Origin: Tubiluchus corallicola
Lineage: Eukaryota > Animalia > Priapulida
Length of the DNA: 64,000 bases
Direction: 5' to 3'
Assembly (NCBI GenBank): GCA_030141605.1
Contig: JAQGDQ010000002.1
Location: 2,046,001-2,110,000 of the forward strand
Shown here: positions 14,091-25,691 of the stretch, one piece after another
How positions within the stretch are numbered: position 1 is the first letter of the stretch
Layout: each line of letters opens with the position of its first letter
Program-made: the position numbers and the translations under genes
The notes under the pieces: generated by a model
The model's input: only the letters and a program-made list of their open reading frames with translations
Told to the model about the DNA's origin: nothing
Database searches by the model: none

Positions 14091-14645
14091 ATGGCAGAAT
14101 TATCAAAGAAGAACAGAATGTTACACACAGAAAAAGAGGACATAGAGAAAAAGAATAAAACGGAAGTACGAAGAAAATTTACCGAAGTGGTGAAACTAAA
14201 GAAGGAAGTTTTTGACTACAAAACTAAATATGAAGAGGCAATTAGCGAACTAGCAGAAAATAAGAAAACAATAGGTAGCCTTAATTCTTATCTAGCAGAC
14301 TTAAAGGCAGTTAACGCAAAGCTAGAAACAAAGAATATGGAATATGAGGAAAACAGAAGAATTATGAAGCAGAAGGATAATATAATCACAATAGTAGAAG
14401 AAGAGTGGGATAGTGACAAAGAAGAAATGGCTGAGAGTCGGAAGGTTAGTAAAAAGGAATCATACATGAAAATGTGTTGGAGAAAACAGGCTTTTGCAAA
14501 TTAGGGGACGTGCAAATTGGATCATGGTGCAGTAGGAGGAAAGAAAAAACAGCCACAACAGTAATAATTAAAAATATCTGAAATCTCCTGGAGCTTTGAA
14601 AGAGATGGTGAGTGCAGCCATGGGTCAAAGTGTAGATATGAACAC
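14091..14645 (+). pseudogene. Disrupted coiled-coil + two CCCH zinc-finger coding fragment (possibly TE ORF1 or captured gene piece)
   Basis: 137-aa Glu/Lys heptad ORF, then frameshifted C-W-R...GFCKLGD/CKLDH (about 14475-14525) and (S)WSFERDGECSHGSKCRYEH (to 14645), the CCCH spacing with broken ligands. Confidence 0.55.
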
Positions 14646-15221
14646 AGAGTATATACACGTTTATATCTTACTACTATTCACTTTATTATGTTTTTGAAGA
14701 GGTATTCTCAATTCTAAGTTTTAAACGTTTTTTACGATTTATGCACTACTTTATTTAATTTTTATACTATATCACAATTGATTTAATTATTACAGTAAAT
14801 TAATTTCTGTACATTGTTTAACTACAGTATACTATAAAGTATTATACTAGAATAAGAGCAACATGTACAGGACTGTATGGTCGTCTGTTGCCCTCGCATT
14901 TGGCATTCTTTCGTTGCACCTTGATGCAATACCAATACTGTCCATGTGTGCAAAATAAAAATGATTATATTCTAAAAAACCTTTGAACGATTAATAAGGG
15001 CACTTAGAGAAATTATGGAATCAAGAGAAAACATATAGCTGTTATAATGAAATGGAATGAAGGCTAAGGGTGACACTCGTATGCAGAACCAGTAATCACC
15101 ATAATTCTAACGACATCAGAAAAAAATAATCTGCTCTTACACACTCAATAGGTTGTGGTCACCTTGGAAAAGGTGGAGCCAGTGAACCGCTGAACATCTT
15201 CAATGTTCTGCCACCCTTTGG

Positions 15222-15578
15222 TAAAGATGAGCTACTCTTCTAGAAAGCGAATTGAAATCGAATCGAATTTGTGACATTCGAATTCGAATCGAACCGAACT
15301 ACAGTTTTCGAACAAGTTTTTTTAACCACCAGTAAAAGCGGTCCTACAAATATCATGCGTATTACTCGATTTTGTTCTACAGAAAAATCACTAATAATTT
15401 GGTTAAAAACTGCACAGAAATTGCAGCTAAATTATGATAATTGCACGATGTTTCAAAGGTTTTAATGATAAATAACGTATGTGGCTGAAATGCTGAATTA
15501 TTCTGATCGATTCGAACTAAAAAAACTCGTGCAATTCAAATGTTCGATATCAATTCGAACATTCGATGCTCACCCCTA
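15222..15578. mobile_element. hAT-like MITE with (TCGAA)n subterminal motifs
   Basis: Ends TAAAGATGAGC...GCTCACCCCTA; 8-bp TSD ccctttgg (15214-15221) / tcctttgg (15579-15586). Related pieces at 13851-13927 and, inverted, at about 41810-41922. Confidence 0.75.
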
Positions 15579-17328
15579 TCCTTTGGTTCCTCTACAATGA
15601 ACTGACACACTACTAAAGCACCTACTGTGTTGTTTCGTTATTTCTCTCTAATTGGTCCTCATACTGTCGGGGGCTATTGCAAATTTACCACCCTGGGTTT
15701 CACATCAATTCGCAACTTTCTATGCGACAGTACAGCACCAAAAAAATGTAGTTTTATTTATTATCAACAGCTGGAAATTGGTCTACGCGCTTATGAGAGG
15801 TGCACTAACTTCTGCTAGTTAAACTATAATTTTAGTAAATGGCAACAGCATCTTTGTTTTTCTTCTCTGCTACTATTGTCTGCTGAGAAAAAGGAGTTCC
15901 TATATCATTCTGTTAAGACGCGAATAAAAAATTTATAAGAATTAACAATTCAACTGTCACCCATTACACTTAGCTAAGTTATCATAGTTCAGCTGCAATG
16001 GTAACAATAACCTATTGCATTTTTATGATAGTCATGCCTGTTCAATGTTTTTAAAATAAAAAACAACAAAACACAAAAAACAGAAGGCAATCAATCAAAT
16101 TTCTTCAGATACTTATTAGTTATTAACAACCAAATTACAAATTTAAGGCAAGATTTTGATATGACAAAAAGGCAAAAATAATAGTAGATAGCAGAATAAG
16201 GATAAAGAAACATTTATCACATGAAATGTGAATGTTCAAGACAACAAATTGTATATAAATTAGTTCATTAAGAGCATCTTAATAGATTATGTCGAGTCTG
16301 ATTTGAATCAATCACCTATATGAATTATTTCTTTTTACATTTTCAATTTCTAAATTTTCGCAACTTCTACATTAAATAAAGTATTATTAGTTCAAGAAAT
16401 ATTAAATAAATTTATAAAAAATAAAAAAGAATTAGTCTAACTACTCTTTCCCTGAGTAACAACAGTAATCTCACAATTCCTCCCATTTTGTAACATAATA
16501 ACAAAGATTGTAATCTGACTACTATGCAAGTCAAAAAACTGCAAAAAGTCAAAGGAATGAATAAAAAACAACATCTGTACACAACTACAAATTCCGTTAA
16601 AAATAAGTGCAACGTTTCTGTTTTGCCTGCTGGAGGCGCCGATCAGCTAGGACTTCACGATAAAATTAAACGTGAACGCTGCACAGAAATGAACTCTCAT
16701 CATCTATGTAGAACTTAACTATAAATCTGTTTAAAAAAGTTAGCCATTGTAGTGGATATACATAATACTTAGTATAAAACGTAAGTGATTAACATCAGGT
16801 GAATTACACATTAGAAAACATTGATTTCTGCAATCAAAGCAATGCATCAATAAGTGTAAAGACAAGAACTATTTACACGACTATTATGAGTACTTGATTT
16901 CTGCAGCCAAGACGATCTATCAAAAATTAGATTAATAGATAAACTTTAAAGTATTTTAACAAAAAATAAAATAAAAAAAATTACACAACATTTATAATGA
17001 CATTTGACATACCATAATTATTAAAAAGCTTAATTCCAAAAAATAACAAATGATATGTTTCCTTTGCATGTACACCAATAATATGTTCACACTAAACACA
17101 GTGTTTGACTCAGAAAGACTAAAAAAGATCTTCTGCACATATTACAACATGCTTTTATAGAAACAAGAAATTTTCAGCTGCAAACACTGAGGTTCTCTGT
17201 TAGTCATTACATATTGTCAAGAGTTTCAGTAATGTTTGCGTAAATCACTACCGGACAGGCAAGCAAATTGCTCAAACATATATGTGCAAACTTGGATGAA
17301 ATAATTACTAAAGCTATGCATGACTTGA

Positions 17329-18936
17329 TCAAGAGCAAAAATCCTTATCTTTCAAACACATTCCTCTGTACCATATATGCATTAACGTATTGCTGTTGCT
17401 TACATTTGGTGGAAACTTCATATTTTCCAATGCCATTTGAGATTCCTGTAAGGTTACACTAGGTGGGTAAATGCGACGACAACGGTTGCGATTTGTGTGC
17501 TCAAGATATGCTTTTTTCAGCGCCATGCGATCAGGAATAGACAGGCACTTCCTACACGCTCGACACTTTAACAGAGAACAATCCTTGCAATCTGCAGAAG
17601 CACAAAGTTCCACGAAGACTTGAATGTCTTTATCTGAAACCTGCATGTCATATTCATCAACATCGTTGAGTTTCAGTGTTTCCCTGTGAACACGTCGGGC
17701 GATACCAACGACTGAAAGAACATTGTATACAACCTGCTCATACAGTAATTTATTTGCACTAAAATGTGCAGAAGAAAGATTGGGGGACATGTTGGCTTCC
17801 ATGAGATAAACCTTTAAATCTTCATCAAGCATAAAATCAAATCGCATGAGTTCAAAGAAATTATCTTTAGACTTATATTTTGCTGCAGAATTGATGAGTT
17901 TTTGTTCCTTAGAAGTCACAACTTCGATGATAGATGAGTCAATCTGAGTCCAAATTTTTGAGGGGTCTTTCCCCTGCTCTCTAAGGTACATATTGAATGA
18001 TTCTTTAAAAGAATAGCCAAGGTCAGTGTAGTAGTACTTTAATGACGGCATCTGCCAAACGGCTGTATAATCGTCACCAACTACATATCGTGCCACCTCT
18101 TTTGGACTGAAGGGATGGTAAGCCTGTGAGCAAAATCGAAGCAGAACATCACCGTTATAGATATAAATGCGTAACGGATCAATTGAAGTGATTATCACAT
18201 ATATTCCAATGTCAAATTTTCTTTCATCTATGAGCAACGGATTTGATATGTACTCTTGAATAAATGTTCCTTCGGATTCCAAGTCCAAAGCATCTAATTT
18301 AAGTACTTCTATGCCACGATGGTTGCTGCTTTTTTGAACCCACATTTTTTCAGGAAACTTCTCTGCATGAGCCATCAGCTTTGATTTTTCCTCTGGAATA
18401 CGAAATGCTTGTGGAATGTAGGTCAAAGCGGTCTTTGCCAATTCTACCTTGTTAGTAATCCATCCAGAACCAGGAAATTTATTCACTTTTTGATGCGGCA
18501 GCAACTTCAGCATCTTCTTTGATATCTTCACGAATGGATAATCATGCGCCCATAAGACATCCCAGTTCGAGTCCCCATTGCCTTTATGAAAACCTATTCT
18601 GTCAAAGACTGCAATTATGTGCGAAAGATAATCTCCAGCTGTGTTGCCGCTACGAGAATAAACCCAGTACACAGGCTTGGCAACAGAATTTAATGGTTCC
18701 TGTTGTCCCTCTACTATGGACACTGGTCCATGGGAGTGGAAATGTTCTGCTTGCATACGACGAAGTTCATACACATTCAAAATGGTGAGAAAGATGCCAA
18801 CAACTAAAACACCAATGCAGATGTAGAGTAACGGCGGATTTCTTGTGTAAGGAGAATATGGTGCCATCCTGGACTTACTCCCTTGAAAACCAAGCATTGC
18901 GGTTATTTCGTAACCCTGACCCTTATCGTGAAGCAT
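17329..18936 (-). CDS. TTLL15: TTLL15-type tubulin-tyrosine-ligase-like ATP-grasp enzyme with N-terminal transmembrane anchor; single coding exon
   Basis: Uninterrupted ORF with first AUG at 18936 (downstream AUGs at MLGFQG and MAPYSP are alternatives). TTL motifs: WDVLW, QKVNKFPGSG, KSSNHRGI, FIQEYISNPLLIDERKFDIGIY, FELMRFDFMLDEDLKVYLMEANMSPNL. Hydrophobic LLYICIGVLVVGIFLTILNV. Candidate 5'UTR acceptor atttcag ending at 19138. Subfamily symbol is less certain than the TTL family call. Confidence 0.85.
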   Translation of the reverse strand: MLHDKGQGYEITAMLGFQGSKSRMAPYSPYTRNPPLLYICIGVLVVGIFLTILNVYELRRMQAEHFHSHGPVSIVEGQQEPLNSVAKPVYWVYSRSGNTAGDYLSHIIAVFDRIGFHKGNGDSNWDVLWAHDYPFVKISKKMLKLLPHQKVNKFPGSGWITNKVELAKTALTYIPQAFRIPEEKSKLMAHAEKFPEKMWVQKSSNHRGIEVLKLDALDLESEGTFIQEYISNPLLIDERKFDIGIYVIITSIDPLRIYIYNGDVLLRFCSQAYHPFSPKEVARYVVGDDYTAVWQMPSLKYYYTDLGYSFKESFNMYLREQGKDPSKIWTQIDSSIIEVVTSKEQKLINSAAKYKSKDNFFELMRFDFMLDEDLKVYLMEANMSPNLSSAHFSANKLLYEQVVYNVLSVVGIARRVHRETLKLNDVDEYDMQVSDKDIQVFVELCASADCKDCSLLKCRACRKCLSIPDRMALKKAYLEHTNRNRCRRIYPPSVTLQESQMALENMKFPPNVSNSNTLMHIWYRGMCLKDKDFCS

Positions 18937-20215
18937 CAACACTTGATTTGTTAATCATTCCCACTTCAACTGAAGTATAATTATTACTCCATTTTACCTT
19001 GTAGCTCGTTAGTAGCCATAAATTATTTGGAGCTTGTTGCCAATAAACCTCAACATCATTACTACTAGATATGCATCGTTATACACGGCTTTCCAAATGC
19101 ACTCGCCAAAATCATTTCATCGCAAGACTTTTAAAACCTGAAATGGTTAAAACATGATTGTACTTTGTTGCATCCATCGGTGCTAAATTCCGCCTGTCAT
19201 GATTAAAACGTATTTACTTGAACTTTCATACAAGAATGCAAGACTGTGTAGCACCACTGGCCAATGACAAACCAACAGCTCTTCAAAAAAATTTTAATGA
19301 GCAAATAACTTGCTTTTACGAGTGATGGCCAAAAGCAGTAAATAATAATTTATATATGCACTATTTAAAGCAGAACATTAACAAAATGAAATCAAAAAAA
19401 TTTTGCCTTTCCACTCTTTTATTATTTCTATTTTACATATTGCTTTTACATGAATAAATAAGTTGTTAGGTATTTTGGGAGATTTAAAAAATCATTAAGG
19501 AAACCAACCATGAAAATAGTGTACAGACACACAAATAAATTAATTCTGTTTGTAATATTTATTTGTTTACCCACCAACATAATGTCAAATTTGTTCCAAA
19601 TATAAACTATTGCCATTATATACTGTTAAACCTATAAGAGCAGTATTATTCGCAAATTTAACAAAAGATCACGTTCTAAAATTCGTAAACTAGAACGGAC
19701 GATGCTGCCAAGTGAGCAGCAAAAAGAAAAGCAAGAATTAATACTATGCCTTGAGAAGTATCTCTTACTGCATACTTTTCAATTAATGTTGCATGTTGCC
19801 ATTAAGACTTTAGCCAACCTCTAAGATAATCCATTATTATAAACTACAGAACCATTTTTAAAAATAAGCAAAATTATTCATAAAAACTTTCATATTAATA
19901 TGCTTTTAAGCTAAATGATGCAGTAGCTTTATATTGAAGGCCGATAATACACATTAAAATTTTATTAAATTCCACTTGCTATGACATATATAGTAGCTTA
20001 CATCAATATGGCAATGAAACCCACAACGGTTTGATTTTGAAACCAAACATGCTCAAAAGAAGAAAATTTGTGTGAAAATATCAGAAAGCCAGCATTTATA
20101 TCAAGGATTGCTTACTTGCAAAGCAAATGTCATGACAGCTAGATTTTCACCACATTCTGAAAACTGTCCAAAAATCTGATTTTGGAAGCTTGTCCCCTAA
20201 AAATTTTGTCAGTTA

Positions 20216-21045
20216 CATTAGGTGCCATTTATTAGACTCACAGTTACTAGAATCAGTCTGATTGACTCAAAAACACATCGTACGGGCTGCTTCTATATAC
20301 AAATGTATATACAACTGTCGATAATAGACTCAGATAACTCCACATTATTGACTCAATATGTGTGCTTCATGTGCTTCAGCACGACACTTTTGCGCGACCA
20401 AAAAGCTTTTATGACATTTATGTCATCTTAGTCCACTTTTACGCTGCAATGTACGTAGAAACAATCATGTTAATTACCGTTTTGTTTGTAAACAGGAACG
20501 TTTATCACACGTTAATATGTTAGCCTAATGGTTTTACTTTGAACCACCTGTACACTACAATTAACATCATTATCAAAGAATTTCTGGAATCTAAACACAT
20601 AATCACTTGTTTAGTTGTTTGTGTTTGAAACTCTGGCTGCCTTTCATAGAACGTTTAATCAGTTAGTTATGCTGTTATGCCAAGGATGCAGGCACAACAC
20701 AATAAAGTGTTGCAAAGTTGGTAGAAACGAAACTACAGACTTGCAGGGGAAACACGGGCACCACCAACTGCAGTTCAAGCACCCCAAGCACTGTTTTAGA
20801 AGAATTTGTGCATCATACAGTAACAAATGACTTTCATTTCTTTTTTATTAATTCACTTTATAAATTAATATTTTTAAACAACTGCATAGGAATTTAGGCA
20901 TTACTTGTGTCAAAAACTCATTAAAACCCTTTGTAGTGCATACTAAGCAGAAGATTCATACTCTGTACTAGTAATGCTACATCTGTCGGTTAATTGGGTC
21001 AAAACACATCCGCAACATAGTGAGTCTATTAAGCGGTGCCTACTG
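20216..21045. mobile_element. Tc1/mariner-pogo-like MITE
   Basis: TIRs CATTAGGTGCCATTTATTAGACTCAC / GTGAGTCTATTAAGCGGTGCCTACTG, flanked by TA on both sides. Confidence 0.75.
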
Positions 21046-21117
21046 TATAAGGAAAAATTAGTGATGAGGTGAGATGACACCACTGCCTCGCTGGCTGGGC
21101 TGCCCGGCTATATAGCA

Positions 21118-21996
21118 TAGTGTTGTAGTACTCAAGTTTCTGACTTGGACTGTAATCACAGTCCTGATTCGGGACTTGACTCGGACTTGTAATAAATGAC
21201 TCATGACTTGACTTGGATTTGAAACGAAGAAGCATTGACTTGACTAGTGACTCGAACTGGATAAACAGTAAAACAAACAATAATTAAGTTTAGACAACGA
21301 ACTTTAATATGTTTGTTGACCAAAAAGTTGCAAATAAAAGTTAGCAATTAAGCAAATGAAAAACTGTCTTAAGAGTGCTTCTTCTAGACTGTAATTAGTA
21401 CTACTGGTTGCAATGTCATTGTCATATTATATACACTCAATAAAACATCACTGCAACATTACTAATACAGTATGAAACCATGTGTCTTGCACAGATCGTG
21501 CAATATATAGCAGAATTTAAAATGTCAATATTACCAAATAAACTTAGTGCAGTAATAAACAAAATAACATCAAAATTAACAAGAATACTGTAATATACCA
21601 ACTACTTATTATGTTATATATCATTTATTTGATGAGGTATAAAGTATACTACAACACAATAATAATGGCATACCAGAAGTTTAAAAATTAGCGCTTTTTC
21701 TCACATCCTGTACCAGGCACATCTACCCAATCCTAAATCAGGCAATATATTACATATTAGCGTTAAACAGGAACTTGAGAAGCAATTAAATCCTGAATTA
21801 ATTTGACTTGAAACTTGATTTGAAGTTGAACATGACCACGCGAAAATGACTTAGGACTTGATTCAGACATACACATAATGACTTGAGACTTAACTTGGAA
21901 CTTGGGCCAGATTGACTAGAGACTTGACTTGGACTTCAACTCTAAAGTCTTGGGACTTGACTTGGATTTGAGCTGAAAAACTTGACTACAACACCG
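21118..21996. mobile_element. hAT-like MITE with (GACTT/GACTC)n subterminal repeats
   Basis: Ends TAGTGTTGTAGT...GACTACAACACCG; 8-bp TSD atatagca (21110-21117) / atacagca (21997-22004). Confidence 0.75.
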
Positions 21997-22499
21997 ATAC
22001 AGCATATTCCAATCTCCATCTCTCTGGATATGTTTTAGTGTCTCAATTTCAATGATAGAATTTTGCAATTCGAGCACTGTACGAAACCAGAGATAAACAA
22101 TCAATAATTCATAGTATAATTATGTCTGCAGTGTTTTTAGCTTGCAACATTATCATAGTGTTGCTGGGTAGTACCGCTAGGCGCTACTAGTACTACAATA
22201 GTGCCACAACGTAGCACCACTACTAAAATTAGTATTGCTGGAGTAGCGCAACTATTTTGAAAATGTATAGCTGTAAATTTCCTATGTACATAATTTTAAT
22301 TATTTATCGTGGACTCTATAGTTCAACTCCTTGAGAACAATTCATTCACAATCAGATTTTCCTAGCAACCGACGCGAGTGCTAGGCCTAAGAACATTCAT
22401 GCTAAAAAATACAAGCTTCTAGTCTACATATTTCATCCAATTCGTATACAATTTAAAAATCTTACACAGTTTTTAGATTTAGTTCTACATGGTTTTCTA

Positions 22500-23174
22500 T
22501 GTTGGGAGCCGAGTGGACCACTGCGCCAAGTAGACCAATTGGTCTACTTGGGCTGCCCAAGTAGGACACTAGAGACAGGTCGCGAATTGAGTCGTTAAGT
22601 GTACTGACACCGTCCGTTGTGCTTGTTTATGTAATAATAATAATTAAAAACGTTAGTAAACGTTGAATAATTTATTATACATCTAATAAAATAAAAGAAT
22701 TTTATTCTGAGCTGGTAGAACGGACAATATTAAATTTGGTTTCGATATTAATGTTGTTGAAGTGAAAAAAACCACTTTTTTGCGAATACAAAATTTGTTT
22801 AATGTATATCATTTTTGATTTTGTCTCACTTCACAAACAGGTGATCCGTTTCACTACCTCTTGGGCAAATAATCGTTTTCTTATAAGTAAACGTTCTAGC
22901 AGTGCCCTACATGTTACACTTGTTATCCTTGCTTTTCTTAATGTTAAGCTAATTATCCTTGCTTTTCTTAAATGTTAAAAATTACTTTTTGGTGTTGTGA
23001 AGGCTTAGCAGCATCTGTCTTATTTTTAAATTTGCAATTATTTCTGTAAATAATAAAATGAAGAAACTTTCACAGAATTTTCAAAAATTTGACAAAATTA
23101 CCGATTCTCGACAAAAATCGCTTTTAGCGCATTAAGTGGTCTACTTGGCGCAGTGGTCCACTCGGCTCCCAACA
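22500..23174. mobile_element. Young non-autonomous DNA transposon with TGT...ACA termini (Ginger2/TDD-like)
   Basis: Perfect 38-bp TIRs (22500-22537 / 23137-23174) and exact 5-bp TSD TTCTA (22495-22499 / 23175-23179). Superfamily is inferred from termini and TSD length only. Confidence 0.85.
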
Positions 23175-25691
23175 TTCTATTCCTCTGTCCTCGTACTACA
23201 TTCCGTAAACCACGATACCATCACAGTCAGCTACCTACAGTGCTGCCATCTACTCAGAAATATCTAATTACTGTACCTGACGGCCCTTTCGCAATAGCCA
23301 ATAACGCCATTTGAAATCGTGATAAAACGCCTAAAATTATAAATCTAACTTTTAACCAGCAGAAAAGGTGTTCCTGTTTTGAGCAATAACACCAATTATT
23401 TCAAGCTTCATCTTCATGCTTACTGGATTTATTGTCGCATCTTTTGACTTCAAAGGGACAGCCAAGCATAAAAGCATGGGCTGTTATTAACAAATGCTAA
23501 AAAATAAAACTATACGAGGCCTAAGTATTGCAAGTGCTTAAAATAAATCAAATGCTAGGTTGCAGTAAATTGGATCACAAAGCCTACTGTGAATCACTAT
23601 AAGCTTATCAACTGACATCAAAAGAGAAAAACTGCACAAGTTAATTATTAGTTTTATTAAAATTTGTGTGTAAATACAATTTATTCACAAAATCGATAAT
23701 CCAGTAGCATTGAGAATTTTGACACCAAAGAGAATAAGTTCTACTTGCTCAACCAGACCAACAATCAAATACTGCAATGTGCCACTTCTTTTAAACCTTC
23801 AATTACGGAAAAAGGAAAAAAGTACTTCTTTCAATTAGGAAAAATTAAAAAAACAGACTGAATTGCTAAAAAAGGTTATTTTGCATTTTAAAAATCACTT
23901 GACCATAAAGGACTATTGTTAAGGTAATAATGAAGCAGCCGAATTTCAGCAGTAAGGATTATTAACTAGATTCTAATTATCGTAAGATTTATTTAAAAAT
24001 TCAAAATTATAATTTTCAACACTTCTCAAATAATCATTTGCTAGAATGCTGCTAGAATACTGATACTAGACACAGTGATGTAAATTTTACACAAAAAATG
24101 TCAGGATATCCAAAAATACTATCTGAATACAATACATACATGCATACATATAATGTCACATATGTTACAGATGTACAATTATATAGTAAATAATAGGTAA
24201 CATCAAAAGTAGCTGTGTCACTTATTAGAACTAGCAACATAGATAGTATTAGAAACTCGATACAACTATAAATTTGTACAACACATATACATATAACACT
24301 TATTGTACAACAACACTCTGCATTTTTGTACGCCCTACAATATGAACCTATTAAAACACTCGAATTGACAACTAAGTTATAAGAATGGCCACAAATTTCA
24401 AAATAAATCTCGACTGCAAAACGGCTTGTATGATGTTGCAAAACTTATAGCAAACGTTTAGCTTTCTTTATTTAGCTGAAAGAACTTGCCAACGAAGTTT
24501 GTCGCCTGTTAAACCTTTTCCATGAAATGAAATGGTAGTGATAATCTAAAGCAATTCATAGTGCATGCAAATATGTAAATGTCCAACGCAAAAGTTTTTT
24601 AACATTTCAAAAATTGAAAAAAGTTTACATAAAGGACTTTGTAACAACTCACTCTTAAGAAAATTATTCTTACTTATATGGTTTAAGAACAAATGCAATT
24701 TCAGCTTTGCTTGGTGTCAGGTAACAAACCTTATTTGAAAAATACAAAAAAAAAATTGCAAAACCATTTCAATCAATGGCCCCATCTCACTACACTGTGC
24801 TAAACTGAAAGTTAGAAATACTATACGAGTTTCTTACCATGCAATCTAACTGATTCCCGAAAACACACTAGTGAGGATAGACACAGGAATCATTATCGAG
24901 TCTTATTTGCATAGTTGACAGTGTGTGAGTGTGTGTCGTCTATGGTCTTTACTGCTTATTGGGCAAACAATCAATATTCAGTTTGTCCATATACAAAGGT
25001 TTCGAAAAACTGAGGGAATAATATGAGCAGTTTTGTTTAAGCTTAAGTTCCTGAAACACCATGAAAAGAATACTAAACATCTGCATTTTTCTTGTTTTGG
25101 GGCCCAGATCTTATTTTTTCAATCAAACTAATTTTTGGACCCTTATTCAAACAGGCACTTATTCAGGACAAGCACTTATTACATTTTAAGCAAGCACCTT
25201 TCTCCTTATCTAAGCCAGATATCCACGCTTATTCACAACATAACAGATAAATCCGGATATAGTGATTTCACCTGAAACAGTTGATGATTCACCCATCTTT
25301 TTGATAGTGTGCATAGGCTAGTGTAGTAGATGAAACCAACACCGTGTAAATAGTGCCTGGGCGTCTACTCAAACAGGGCGCATGTTATTTTTTAAAATCT
25401 GTTTTGTTGGGCACTTACTTGGATGTGCCCTTAATTAAGTACGGACACTAAAACAAAAAATGTGGTAAGCAATAACTTGTTTCAGGTTTCACACCAGTTT
25501 ACAGAAATCAGTCACTATTTGCATTGTACCATACATGCTGTTATTACTTTGTAAATCACTTTCGAAAATTGTGAGCTTACAATGTTAGATAAATTATAAT
25601 TACCACAGCAATTATTGTATATCAGTAAACCGATAGGGCTGATGCCACATATGAGAAGTTTAACAATGACTCATAAAGACGTGTTCATATA

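Noticed and set aside
24052-24441. 129-aa hydrophobic ORF and the many 60-100-aa ORFs in the track
   Set aside because: Composition (F/I/L/Y/C-rich) is what AT-rich non-coding DNA yields; no motifs, often non-AUG starts or antisense to real exons.
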